Of a stretch of DNA of 32,000 nt, positions 1 through 9,516 are shown piece by piece. The notes under the pieces are model-generated. The model made no database searches and had not been told where the DNA came from. It saw nothing but the letters and a program-made list of their open reading frames with translations. A program made the translations under genes and the position numbers. This stretch comes from Candidatus Saccharimonadota bacterium (GTDB lineage Archaea > Nanobdellota > Nanobdellia > Pacearchaeales > GW2011-AR1), in NCBI GenBank assembly GCA_041659445.1, contig JBAZYG010000002.1:1-32000 (forward strand), given 5' to 3'. Every line of letters begins with the position of its first letter. Position 1 is the stretch's first letter.

Positions 1-3000
1 GTTGTTCCAACAGAAAATTTCTGAGAATCATTTATTCCAGAATTGCTATTAATATCTGAAATGTAAGCAGTTATATTCCAAAGCCCTGCTCCATCCCACC
101 ACCACATTATAACATTACAAGTATAATTTGCATAATTTCCAGAACTCCAATATTCAGTACAAGTTAAATTTTCTCTTGTTGTTTCACCTGTTTTTGTAAA
201 ATTAATTTTAGCACTAGAATCATTTATGTTTGCATTACCATTTGCATCATAAACACTAAAATTAATTATAACTGACGTCGAGAATGGGCCTTCATTAGGA
301 CCAGAAGAAACATCTGTCATGCTCTCATTAAAAACATTAATTATTTGTGGTAGAGAATTAGAAGAAGCAGTTACATTAATCCAAAAAATTGAAGAATTAG
401 AAGTATAATTTTGACTAGGTTGATAAACACAAGTTATGTTATACAAACCTTCGCTATCAAAAAGTGTATAATTTCCAATAGGTGATGTGCCATTATTAAT
501 TAAAGTTCCATTATTGTATAACGAAATATAAGAATTAGAATCTCCGTTGAGAATTGAACAATTCAAATTAATTAAAGTTCCAGATTCAATCGTTGCATTA
601 AATTCAGAACTATTTAATGTTAAATTTACACTTGATTGAATTGGATTAATTATTAAAGTGTTGGAATTCAAACTTGGAAAAGATGAATAATTTGTTCCAC
701 CAGTTGAATTCAATACTAAAGAATAAGTTCCAGCAGAAGAAATAGAATCAGAATTTCCTTTATCAATTCCATCTCTATAAATTTTATAAATTACATCTCC
801 ATCACCATTGTTTGATTCAGAAATTCCAAGTACATTTGGAGTCCCATCATAATCTCTTGTCCAGGTTTTATCATTTGTTAAAGTTGCAGTTAAAGAAGTT
901 TTATTGACATAATAATCTCTTGATTGAGAACTGTTAAGATTATTATTTGTTCCATTTCCATAAGCCCACCAAATATAGCTATAACTTCCTGCAGATAATC
1001 CATTTGTTAGATAAACTCCAAAATTATTTACACTTAAATTTGTTGCAGAATAATTTACTCCATTAAATTCTAACCAAACAGTTCCGTTAGTATTTACAAT
1101 TGTAGAATTAATTGAATATATCTGTTCATAAGAATAATTTGATGCATTCGTCGGTGTTTCAGTATAATTTGAAAATTGTGGATAAACTGTATCACTTGAA
1201 CCAACCAAAAGTATAACAGAATCAACAAAAACACTATCTCCATCAAGTAAATCAAAGTTTGCTCCTTCAACAACCACGACAACTTGATTATTATTTGGAT
1301 TAACAATTTGCTGGGCTACTAAATCAGTATAATTCACAGTTGAAACAGTATTTGTTCCTGAACCAATATTTCCTACATAAATCCAAGCTGAAGAAGTAAA
1401 ATTATAAATATAAAATCCTGCTAATTCACTTGCATTTTCATAACCCTTAAAAGAAACATTTATCCAAGTTATTGCTGTTCTTGTTTCATTCAATGTAATA
1501 TTAAATCTCCAAAAAGGTTCATCATTCCTATCATCGGTTTGAACAATAGCATATTGGGCATCATTTGAACTCATATTTACATATTGTGCAGATGTTGCTT
1601 GAGTCCCAGCAGTAAATCTAGAAGAACCTGCTGGAGAAGCCCAATATGCAACATTTGTAGTATACCAAGAAAAATTATAGTTTGAAACAGGGTCGACAAT
1701 ATAATCAAACTGAACACTTCCGTCAACAATTTTTAAATCAAAAGTATTCTGTTCTTTTTCGAGATTAGTCAATAAAACTTTATTATAATCATTTGAAATT
1801 AAATCAGAAAACTTTACAATTAAATCATCTTTATCTTTTTCATATACTTCAATTTCAGGATTTCCAGAAACTATCCTTGGAAAAATTGTAATATCATTAA
1901 TAGAAGTTAAATTTTTTTCAAAAGTTACTCGAACATATTCATTATCTGATATTTCTTCGCTCCATATATTATCTAATTTATAAACTTCATTATAAATATC
2001 TGAAAAAAAATTCCTTTCAGTATCTAAGTGTTCTGCTTTTGTTATCACAATAATTTCAAAAGTTTGATTGCTCAAATGAGGAATATTCCATTCAACATAA
2101 TCATAAATTCCATTATTGTCTTTATCCTGAACAGATTTTACCTCAAGATATGTTAAATTTTCAACCCAAAATATTTTAATTTTTGAAGGATTTTTTAAAT
2201 TTAAATTTTCATCTAAGTTTGTAAAAGCCAAAACATTTTCATAATGAATTTCATCAGGCCCGACAATTTTAATTTTTTTTCCATTTGATAAATTTTCTTC
2301 AATAGAGTAAGGAGCAGGAGTTTCATACTTAATTTCATATTTTAAAGAATCTTTTTCTTTAATTTCAACTTTTAAATAACTCTCTCCTTCAATTTGTTCT
2401 TCAACAAAATTTCCAGTAATAGATTTTACTACTTTATTTTCAATTGGCTCAATAATATTTGCATTAACTTCTTTCTGTGTTTCTGATTGTTTTACAACGA
2501 CGTTTTCTGCGTTTTTTGGAATAGATATATTTATTTCTCCAAAATTTTCTAATTCAACATTTTTTTTCCAAACAACAGGTTGTCCTAAAACAGCCTCTCC
2601 TTGAACTAAGGTAATATTTTTTATATTTGCCTCTTTAGGCTCTGTAAAATTTTCTTTTTCATGAAAAAAAACCCCATAATTTATCGATTTCAAATTTAAT
2701 GTTCCATTAGAAATTTCAATTTTAATTTCATAAGAAGAAAAATTCAAATTAAATTCTTCCAAGTCACAAGTTTCTTCACAAACATTGTTAAAATTGAAGC
2801 TTTCAAAATTATTTTCATTTTCAAAAGATAGAGACTTCTCTTGAGAAGGGCTTAAGTTCACTTGAGAAGTCCCATTTAATTCTTCTGAATTTGATAAATT
2901 GCTTGAATTAATTTCTAAATTAAAACTTTCATTTAGTTCTTCAATTTCAATTGAGTAATTTTCTTCTATAGATTTTCCAGTCATACCAAAATCAGATATA

Positions 3001-3572
3001 GAATTTCCAGTAATTTCTGAACTTTTAGATGAAGAACTTTCATAAATTAAATATTCGTTCAAGTAAATCTTAAAACTTCCATTTCCATAAAAAGAACCAT
3101 CAACATTTACATATTTTAAAATTTCTGAGTTTTGAATTTCCAAAGTATAATTTGTGTTTTGTGTAAAATTCAAATTAACATTATCAGAAAAATCTTGAAC
3201 AGAATAATCTTTAGTGATGAACCCTACAAAATTCGGACTTAGAAAAAATACAGAAACAAAAATTAAAACAAAAAATAAAGAAGCAGATATGGTTAATATT
3301 TCTTTTTTTAAAAGTTTTTTATTGTGATGCTTTAAATGTCTTTCACATTCATGAATGTACGAATTATAATAATGAATCCAAGAATTTGGAGTTTTTTTAT
3401 GAATTTCTTTTCTTATTGCTGCATGATATTCTTCATAAGAAAGATGCCCTGATGAATATTTTTCTTCAACACGAGAAAGATAATTTTGAATTTTTTCTTT
3501 ATGTGATTTTGCAAGAGCTATTCTTTTTTTTAATTCTGCTATAGCTATCTCTGGTGAATAAGCCCTTCTCAT
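1..3572 (-). CDS. Giant membrane-anchored surface protein, 3' end cut by window edge (>=1190 aa)
   Basis: Absent from the ORF track because there is no stop inside the window. ATG at 3572-3570 is preceded by an in-frame TAA. The frame stayed open in every stretch I hand-translated (3300-3359, 2040-2099, 1500-1559, 960-1019, 3-59). N-terminus is MRRAYSPEIAIAELKK..., with one TM helix (ILTISASLFFVLIFVSVFFL) about 90 aa in. The rest is Asn/Ser/Thr-rich sequence dense in N-x-S/T sequons. Confidence 0.8.
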   Translation of the reverse strand, partial: MRRAYSPEIAIAELKKRIALAKSHKEKIQNYLSRVEEKYSSGHLSYEEYHAAIRKEIHKKTPNSWIHYYNSYIHECERHLKHHNKKLLKKEILTISASLFFVLIFVSVFFLSPNFVGFITKDYSVQDFSDNVNLNFTQNTNYTLEIQNSEILKYVNVDGSFYGNGSFKIYLNEYLIYESSSSKSSEITGNSISDFGMTGKSIEENYSIEIEELNESFNLEINSSNLSNSEELNGTSQVNLSPSQEKSLSFENENNFESFNFNNVCEETCDLEEFNLNFSSYEIKIEISNGTLNLKSINYGVFFHEKENFTEPKEANIKNITLVQGEAVLGQPVVWKKNVELENFGEINISIPKNAENVVVKQSETQKEVNANIIEPIENKVVKSITGNFVEEQIEGESYLKVEIKEKDSLKYEIKYETPAPYSIEENLSNGKKIKIVGPDEIHYENVLAFTNLDENLNLKNPSKIKIFWVENLTYLEVKSVQDKDNNGIYDYVEWNIPHLSNQTFEIIVITKAEHLDTERNFFSDIYNEVYKLDNIWSEEISDNEYVRVTFEKNLTSINDITIFPRIVSGNPEIEVYEKDKDDLIVKFSDLISNDYNKVLLTNLEKEQNTFDLKIVDGSVQFDYIVDPVSNYNFSWYTTNVAYWASPAGSSRFTAGTQATSAQYVNMSSNDAQYAIVQTDDRNDEPFWRFNITLNETRTAITWINVSFKGYENASELAGFYIYNFTSSAWIYVGNIGSGTNTVSTVNYTDLVAQQIVNPNNNQVVVVVEGANFDLLDGDSVFVDSVILLVGSSDTVYPQFSNYTETPTNASNYSYEQIYSINSTIVNTNGTVWLEFNGVNYSATNLSVNNFGVYLTNGLSAGSYSYIWWAYGNGTNNNLNSSQSRDYYVNKTSLTATLTNDKTWTRDYDGTPNVLGISESNNGDGDVIYKIYRDGIDKGNSDSISSAGTYSLVLNSTGGTNYSSFPSLNSNTLIINPIQSSVNLTLNSSEFNATIESGTLINLNCSILNGDSNSYISLYNNGTLINNGTSPIGNYTLFDSEGLYNITCVYQPSQNYTSNSSIFWINVTASSNSLPQIINVFNESMTDVSSGPNEGPFSTSVIINFSVYDANGNANINDSSAKINFTKTGETTRENLTCTEYWSSGNYANYTCNVIMWWWDGAGLWNITAYISDINSNSGINDSQKFSVGT

Positions 3573-3644
3573 ACTTATTATGTATGTAATAATACTTATA
3601 AAACTTATTATTTATGTAATAATACTTATTATGTATGTAATGTA
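3573..3644. repeat. Three copies of a 21-bp unit plus a 9-bp partial unit, abutting the start codon of the giant gene
   Basis: Plus strand: acttattatgtatgtaataat (3573-3593), acttataaa (3594-3602), acttattatttatgtaataat (3603-3623), acttattatgtatgtaatgta (3624-3644). On the gene strand the partial unit reads TTTATAAGT, a TATA-like box about 30 nt upstream of the ATG. Confidence 0.85.
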
Positions 3645-3677
3645 AAAATCACAAAAAAATTCTAAAATTATATCTTT

Positions 3678-4232
3678 CTAAACAATTTGAATTTTTCCAT
3701 CAGATAAAAGAATTTTTACTATTTCTTTTGGAATGTTTGCAATTTGCCCTTTTTCAAAAGGCCCCATTTTTTCACCTTCAAGATCTGCAAATTCTTCTGT
3801 ACTTTCTAAAAATAAAACCATTTCATTTTGTTGAGATTCTTCAGTTTGTTTATCCCCATTCATAAATCTATTTAATTTTTTATCAGACTTCTCCAAAGTT
3901 TTAACAACTTCTTCAAAAAGATCTTTCTCCATTTGCAACATATTTTCAAAATCTTGCTTTGAAATGCCTGTTTCAGAAGCAATTAAAACCAAATTCAAGA
4001 TTTTTTTTCTTCTCCTTCTTAAAAGTTCTTGAAATAAAGTCAAGGCATTTTCCAATTGCTTCTTTGTTTTTAAAAGACTATCAGAAAAAACATCATTATC
4101 TTTCGAAGCTACTTCTTTTTTTTCTTTTAAATATTTTTCAACATCTTTAACAAAACTTTTTGATATTGGTTGAAGACTTTCAGAATATCTCTCTTTTTTT
4201 GCCGCATCATAAATCTCCTTGTAAGTTATCAT
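3678..4232 (-). CDS. GINS subunit (Gins51/Sld5-Psf1-like order: helical A domain then small beta B domain)
   Basis: 184 aa. Helical N-terminal part with the LQPISKSFVKDVEKYLKE...RRRRKKIL pattern typical of archaeal GINS. Short C-terminal beta-rich part is GPFEKGQIANIPKEIVKILLSDGKIQIV. Family call is from memory only. Confidence 0.55.
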   Translation of the reverse strand: MITYKEIYDAAKKERYSESLQPISKSFVKDVEKYLKEKKEVASKDNDVFSDSLLKTKKQLENALTLFQELLRRRRKKILNLVLIASETGISKQDFENMLQMEKDLFEEVVKTLEKSDKKLNRFMNGDKQTEESQQNEMVLFLESTEEFADLEGEKMGPFEKGQIANIPKEIVKILLSDGKIQIV

Positions 4233-4299
4233 CTAAAAACAAAAAATCTCTTGTTTTTAAGAATTGTGATACTTAAATAGAATTAAAAATTATTTCAAA

Positions 4300-5064
4300 T
4301 TACAATTTTTTAATTTCTTCAACATCCCTCACAAAAACCACCCAGCCATAATCATTGGAACCATGCAAAGTGTCAATGTTAGACTTCACATTCAGACTAT
4401 TACCCGCAAAAACTCTCGACAAATCTTTTTCTTTTGTATGAAGAGTTTTTTCACTATTTCCTAATTCATTTTTGAATTGAATTTTGCTATTTCCATAACC
4501 AAATCTTTCATCATTTTCAAGAATTGAATCTTTTCTAAGTTTTAATAAAAGTCCATAAAAATTATTTGAATTATTATCATTTATTAAATCAAAATTAGAA
4601 ATAATTAAAGGATTTTTTGGAGAAAAACTTTTTTCTCTTGATTTAACTTGTTTAACTAAATTTTCTAAAATATGCTTATTATTTTCCCAACCAATTTCTT
4701 CACTTCTTAAACATAAATTTATTGTATCAGAATAATGTTCACTAAAAAAATTTTTATCTAAAGCATAAATTTTTCCTAAATCATTTAAATTCATAATTCT
4801 TCCATTTATTCCTTGTTCTTTTAAGAAATTATTCAAATAATTATTCCAGAAAAATTGAGAACCTTTTAAAGTTTCAAAATTAATTCCATAAGTTAAAGAC
4901 TTAATTGCTCTTTCATTTTCTTTAAAATCTTTAATTAATTTTTCTCTTGCTGAATTATAAACTTCAATTGGAGCAAAACCTAAAGCAGGTTCTGCATCTA
5001 AGGTTATTATTGTTGCTCCTTGAGGGATTATTTCTTTTCGTTTAAAATCAAGATGCTTTACCAT
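4300..5064 (-). CDS. Uncharacterised protein, paralog A of 26590-27366
   Basis: 254 aa. The central ~170 aa are mostly identical to the 258-aa ORF at 26590-27366 (GSQFFWNNYLNNF.KEQGINGR, HYSDTINLCLRSEE, NNSNNFYGLLLKLR.DSILENDERF). No family recognised. Confidence 0.8.
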   Translation of the reverse strand: MVKHLDFKRKEIIPQGATIITLDAEPALGFAPIEVYNSAREKLIKDFKENERAIKSLTYGINFETLKGSQFFWNNYLNNFLKEQGINGRIMNLNDLGKIYALDKNFFSEHYSDTINLCLRSEEIGWENNKHILENLVKQVKSREKSFSPKNPLIISNFDLINDNNSNNFYGLLLKLRKDSILENDERFGYGNSKIQFKNELGNSEKTLHTKEKDLSRVFAGNSLNVKSNIDTLHGSNDYGWVVFVRDVEEIKKL

Positions 5065-5135
5065 GAAAATTAAATAAAATTAATGTTTAAAAAGCTTATT
5101 AAAACTCTTTGTTAAGAACAATTAGTAACAATTTT

Positions 5136-6380
5136 TTACTTAAACTCAACTTTTTTGAACAAATCTTTTCCTAAAAACTTTCCCAAACTTCCATTTTCAG
5201 CTTCTTTTTCATTAAACTTTTTTTCTTTGAACTCAGAATTATTAAAAAACAAAACAGGAACAGGATCTGCAGAATGATTTTTTAATTTGCACGGAGTAGA
5301 ATGGTCTCCTGTAACAACAATATTTATTTTCTTAGAAATTGCAAAACCTTTTAAAAATTTAAAAAAAGTTTTATCAATGTATTCTAGCATTTCTTTTTTC
5401 TCAATTGGCTTGTTATCATGTCCCGGAACATCAACTTCTTTCAAATGAATGTATGCATAATCTGCTTTTTTATAATTTCTTTTTAAAAATTTAACAGAAA
5501 ATTTGCAAGCTTTTCTTAATCCTTCATACAAATTCTTGTAACAATCCAAATTTTTTAATTTAGGATAATTAAAAGAAAAATTCTTCATTCCAGAAACTTT
5601 TGAAAATCCAATTTCAAGAGGCATATAATTTGCAGAAACCCATTTTTTATATTGCTTTAATTTTGGCTTTTCAATTCCAGCTCCCCTCATTAAAAGATAA
5701 TTTGCAGGAAGCAAACCACTTTCTTTTCTCTTAACATTTACAGGATGATCTTTCAAAACAAGATAAGCTTGTTTCAAAAATTCATTTAAAATATTTGCAG
5801 TATATTCTGAATTTTCATCGTCGTCTAATGGCTTAAAAAAAGAAATTTTTTCAGGCTCTCCAGAAATTCCTTTTGTGTAAGTCAAATCATTAACTGAAAT
5901 GTTGTCTGAAAAACCACCTCTTAAAACAAGTGCAGCCCGATGCTGTATTGTTGAAACAAATTCAAATTTGCACGAAAGTTTAATTTTATTCAGTGCATCA
6001 GAAAGTTCTTTTGCCTCAGAAGTTGTCAATGTTCTTCCAGCCCTTCTATCCAAAATATTCCCTCTTTCAAATGAATCAATAGTTGCGAAATTAACTCTCA
6101 AAGCCAAGTCACCACGTTTTAATTCAAGTCCAGAACCAATAGCTTCTAATTGTCCTCTTGTACTATCAATTAATTTATTTCCAAAAATAGAAACAATTGC
6201 TTCATCAGATTCAGGAATAAAATTTTGCTTAACAGGATACATTAAACCTAATTCACCATAACTTGCTAAAAAATTTAAGTTAGGAATATTTGCAGATTCC
6301 AAGCAGGTTTTTCCATCCAAGGCTTTGTTATCCAAATCCCCTAACCCATCGATGATAATTAACACACCCCTCATAAACAT
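5136..6380 (-). CDS. apgM: 2,3-bisphosphoglycerate-independent phosphoglycerate mutase, archaeal type
   Basis: 414 aa. N-terminal GVLIIIDGLGD metal-binding motif, later VDVPGHD and VTGDHSTP motifs of the alkaline-phosphatase-superfamily archaeal iPGM. Confidence 0.85.
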   Translation of the reverse strand: MFMRGVLIIIDGLGDLDNKALDGKTCLESANIPNLNFLASYGELGLMYPVKQNFIPESDEAIVSIFGNKLIDSTRGQLEAIGSGLELKRGDLALRVNFATIDSFERGNILDRRAGRTLTTSEAKELSDALNKIKLSCKFEFVSTIQHRAALVLRGGFSDNISVNDLTYTKGISGEPEKISFFKPLDDDENSEYTANILNEFLKQAYLVLKDHPVNVKRKESGLLPANYLLMRGAGIEKPKLKQYKKWVSANYMPLEIGFSKVSGMKNFSFNYPKLKNLDCYKNLYEGLRKACKFSVKFLKRNYKKADYAYIHLKEVDVPGHDNKPIEKKEMLEYIDKTFFKFLKGFAISKKINIVVTGDHSTPCKLKNHSADPVPVLFFNNSEFKEKKFNEKEAENGSLGKFLGKDLFKKVEFK

Positions 6381-6487
6381 TTAAAATCTCTTTCTTTTAT
6401 AAAAATTTAGTGTCACTTAAAATTGTGTAAAACCATGTTAAATGCTAAAACCACTAAACTCTTAAACCTTAATTTTCTATTATTTTT

Positions 6488-7573
6488 ATGTTTGGAAAAC
6501 TAAAGGATAAACTAAAATCTTGGGTAAATAAGGTTTCTAAAGAAAAACCAGAAGAGTTAGAACAAGAAGAAACAAAACAAGAAAAACCTGAAAAAAAAAG
6601 TTTTTTCAAGAGTTTAAAAAAAGTAAAGGCAAAACCAGAACAAGAAGAAATTAATGAAGAAAAAATAGAAGAAATTGTTGAAGAAACAAAAAGAGAATCT
6701 TTTTTGAAAAGATTAACTTCTTCAAAAAGAATAATTACAGAAGAAAAATTTTCAGAATATGCAGAAGAACTTGAAATGATTCTTCTTGAAAATAATGTAG
6801 CATTAGAAGTCGCTGAAAAAATTATTTCAGATTTAAAAAAGTATATTGTCGGAGAAGAAATTTCTAAAAAAGAAATACAAGAAACAATTACAGAATCTTT
6901 AAAAGAAACAATTGAACACGTTCTTATTGAACCTTTTGATTTGGTTGAAAAAATAAAAGAATATAAAAAAGATTACAAAAGACCTTATGTTATTTTGTTT
7001 TGTGGAATAAACGGAACAGGAAAAACAACAACAATTGCAAAATTAATTAATTTGTTTAAAAAAAATAATTTATCTTCAATAATTGCTGCAGGAGATACAT
7101 TCAGAGCAGCTTCTATAGAACAATTAAAAAAGCACGGAGAAAAACTTAATGTAAAAGTAATTTCACATGAATATGGAAGTGATCCTGCTTCTGTTGGTTT
7201 TGAAACAATTAAAATTGCTGAAAAAAATTTAATTGATGTTGTGCTAATTGACACAGCTGGAAGAATGCACACAGCCAAAAATCTTTTAAGAGAAATGGAA
7301 AAAGTAAAAAAAGTTTGCAAGCCAGCATTGACAATTTTTGTCGGAGAATCAATAACAGGAAATGATTCAACAGAACAAGTAAAAGCATTTAACGAAACAA
7401 TTGGAATTGATGCAATTATCTTGAGTAAAGCAGACATTGATGAAAAAGGCGGAACTGCATTAAGCGTTGGTTATACAACAAAAAAACCAATTTTATTCTT
7501 AGGAACAGGACAAGAATATGATAAATTAGAAAAATTCAATAAAAAAAAGTTTGTAGAAAAATTAGGATTATAA
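6488..7573 (+). CDS. ftsY: Signal recognition particle receptor FtsY
   Basis: 361 aa. Lys/Glu-rich N-terminal region followed by an SRP-GTPase NG domain: GINGTGKTTTIAKL, DTAGR, LSKADID, GTGQEYDKL. Confidence 0.9.
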   Translation: MFGKLKDKLKSWVNKVSKEKPEELEQEETKQEKPEKKSFFKSLKKVKAKPEQEEINEEKIEEIVEETKRESFLKRLTSSKRIITEEKFSEYAEELEMILLENNVALEVAEKIISDLKKYIVGEEISKKEIQETITESLKETIEHVLIEPFDLVEKIKEYKKDYKRPYVILFCGINGTGKTTTIAKLINLFKKNNLSSIIAAGDTFRAASIEQLKKHGEKLNVKVISHEYGSDPASVGFETIKIAEKNLIDVVLIDTAGRMHTAKNLLREMEKVKKVCKPALTIFVGESITGNDSTEQVKAFNETIGIDAIILSKADIDEKGGTALSVGYTTKKPILFLGTGQEYDKLEKFNKKKFVEKLGL

Positions 7574-7576
7574 AAA

Positions 7577-8068
7577 ATGAAAAAAAAATATTTAAACATC
7601 ATTCTTGTAATAATTACATTTATTGCTTTAGTGATTACAACATCTTTTCAAATAATAGGAAATAATCGTGCTCAAACAGAATTTGAAATTAGAACACGAC
7701 CTTACTTAGTTATGGATTCTTTAACTAAAACTGATACATATACCTATGAATTAATAATTGAAAATAAAGGTGAAACTCTTGCAAAAATAAATTACCTAAA
7801 AATAACGGCTATAAAAATTTCAAATAATTCACAAAAATATGAAGGATATAAAAGTATGAACTATATTTCATCAAATAGCAAGGTGATACAAATAATAAAT
7901 ATATTCCCTGCTAATCAGCAGCAAATGACTGGAGATTATGAAGTAACTTTAATTTGTGAATATTCTTACCCAACTGAAAATAACCAAGATAAAAAATTTC
8001 AAACAAATATTACTTTTATACATTATGAAAATAAAGAACTTGGAATTCCAGAAATTAAGATGACTTAA
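7577..8068 (+). CDS. Membrane-anchored hypothetical protein
   Basis: 163 aa. N-terminal TM helix (YLNIILVIITFIALVITTSF). Starts 4 nt after the ftsY stop. No family recognised. Confidence 0.6.
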   Translation: MKKKYLNIILVIITFIALVITTSFQIIGNNRAQTEFEIRTRPYLVMDSLTKTDTYTYELIIENKGETLAKINYLKITAIKISNNSQKYEGYKSMNYISSNSKVIQIINIFPANQQQMTGDYEVTLICEYSYPTENNQDKKFQTNITFIHYENKELGIPEIKMT

Positions 8069-8127
8069 TTCTTTCTAAATTCTCCTAAAACCCAAAATTT
8101 ATTAACCCTTAAAAGACTTCTTAAAAC

Positions 8128-9516
8128 ATGGTACTTGAGAAACTCGGACAAGCATTGAAAAGATTTCAAGACAAGATAGCAAACGCCATACTTCTTGATA
8201 AAAATTTAGTAGATAACATAATCAAAGACCTTCAAAGAGCATTGATTGAAGCAGATGTTGAAATTCTTTTAGTCAAGGAAATTTCTGACAAACTTAAGAA
8301 AATCGCTTTTGATGAAAGAATAAAAGGAATTGAAAAAAAAGAGCATTTAATAAAAGTCCTCCACGATGAATTAATTGAAATTCTTGGAAAAAATAAAAAA
8401 ATAGAATTCAATGCAAAAGAGCAATCAAAAATTATGCTTTTAGGATTGTATGGTGCAGGAAAAACAACAACAATTGCAAAACTTGGAAACTACTACCAAA
8501 AAAGAGGAAAAAAAGTTGCGTTGGTTGGTTTAGATGTTCATCGTCCAGCTGCAAAAGAACAATTAATGCAATTAGCAGAACAAAACAATCTCAAAGTATT
8601 TGTTGATTTAAAAGAAAATGATGCAATAAAAACTTACAAAAAATTCAAAAAAGAATTAGAAAAATTTGATTTAGTTTTGATTGACACAGCTGGAAGACAC
8701 ACTTTGGATAAAGATTTAGTAAAAGAAATAAAAGATTTGGGTTCTGAAATAAAACCCACTGAAACAATTTTAGTAATGCCTGCAGACGTCGGTCAAGCAG
8801 CAAAAAAACAAGCAAAAGAATTTCAAGATGCTTTAAAAATTTCTGGAGTAATAATTACAAGAATGGATTCTACTGCAAAAGGTGGTGGAGCTCTAACAGC
8901 GTGCTCAGAAGTTCACGCAGGAGTTTATTTTATAACAACAGGTGAAAAAATAAATGATTTAGAAGAATTCAATCCAGAAAGTTTTTTATCTAGACTTTTG
9001 GGAATGGGAGATTTAGAAACATTAATTGAAAAAATAAAATCAGTTACAGATGAAAAGAAAAATGAAAAAATTCAAAAAAAATTAGAAGAAGGAAAATTAT
9101 CTCTTGAAGATGTTATTGAACAAGTTAAATCAATGAATTCTTTAGGTGGATTTGATAAAATAAAATCCATGATTCCTGGAATGGGAAAATTAAAAATCTC
9201 TGACGAAAAACTTGGTGCTCAAGAAGAAAAAATTCAGAAATGGGAACACATAATTAAATCTTTAACAAATGAAGAAAAAGAAAATCCAGAATTACTTTCA
9301 AAACAAACTTCTAGAATTTCAAGAATTGCAAAAGGTGCAGGTGTGAATAACAGCGACGTCAGAAGTTTATTAAAACAATATGAAATGCTTCAAAGTTTTA
9401 TCAAAGATTCGTCAGGAATAGAAGATTTGAGTTCAGGACAAATGTCACAAAAATCAATGCAAAAACTGATGAAAAAATTCGGAAAAAAGAAAATGATGAA
9501 AGGCTTTGGAAGGTGA
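8128..9516 (+). CDS. srp54: Signal recognition particle protein SRP54
   Basis: 462 aa. G domain motifs GLYGAGKTTTIAKL, DTAGR, TRMDSTAKGG. Met-rich C-terminal M domain (GMGKL..., MSQKSMQKLMKKFGKKKMMKGF). Confidence 0.95.
   Translation: MVLEKLGQALKRFQDKIANAILLDKNLVDNIIKDLQRALIEADVEILLVKEISDKLKKIAFDERIKGIEKKEHLIKVLHDELIEILGKNKKIEFNAKEQSKIMLLGLYGAGKTTTIAKLGNYYQKRGKKVALVGLDVHRPAAKEQLMQLAEQNNLKVFVDLKENDAIKTYKKFKKELEKFDLVLIDTAGRHTLDKDLVKEIKDLGSEIKPTETILVMPADVGQAAKKQAKEFQDALKISGVIITRMDSTAKGGGALTACSEVHAGVYFITTGEKINDLEEFNPESFLSRLLGMGDLETLIEKIKSVTDEKKNEKIQKKLEEGKLSLEDVIEQVKSMNSLGGFDKIKSMIPGMGKLKISDEKLGAQEEKIQKWEHIIKSLTNEEKENPELLSKQTSRISRIAKGAGVNNSDVRSLLKQYEMLQSFIKDSSGIEDLSSGQMSQKSMQKLMKKFGKKKMMKGFGR

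Noticed and set aside
1094-1306. 70-aa ORF on the minus strand
   Set aside because: It lies entirely inside the giant surface-protein gene in a different frame. The sequence is low-complexity Ile/Leu-rich, typical of out-of-frame AT-rich sequence.
3959-4150. 63-aa ORF on the plus strand
   Set aside because: Antisense shadow of the GINS gene. Phe/Leu/Lys-rich product with no start context.
5899-6261. 120-aa ORF on the plus strand
   Set aside because: Antisense shadow inside apgM, whose motifs clearly define the real frame.
6985-7437. 150-aa ORF on the minus strand
   Set aside because: Antisense shadow of the ftsY GTPase domain.
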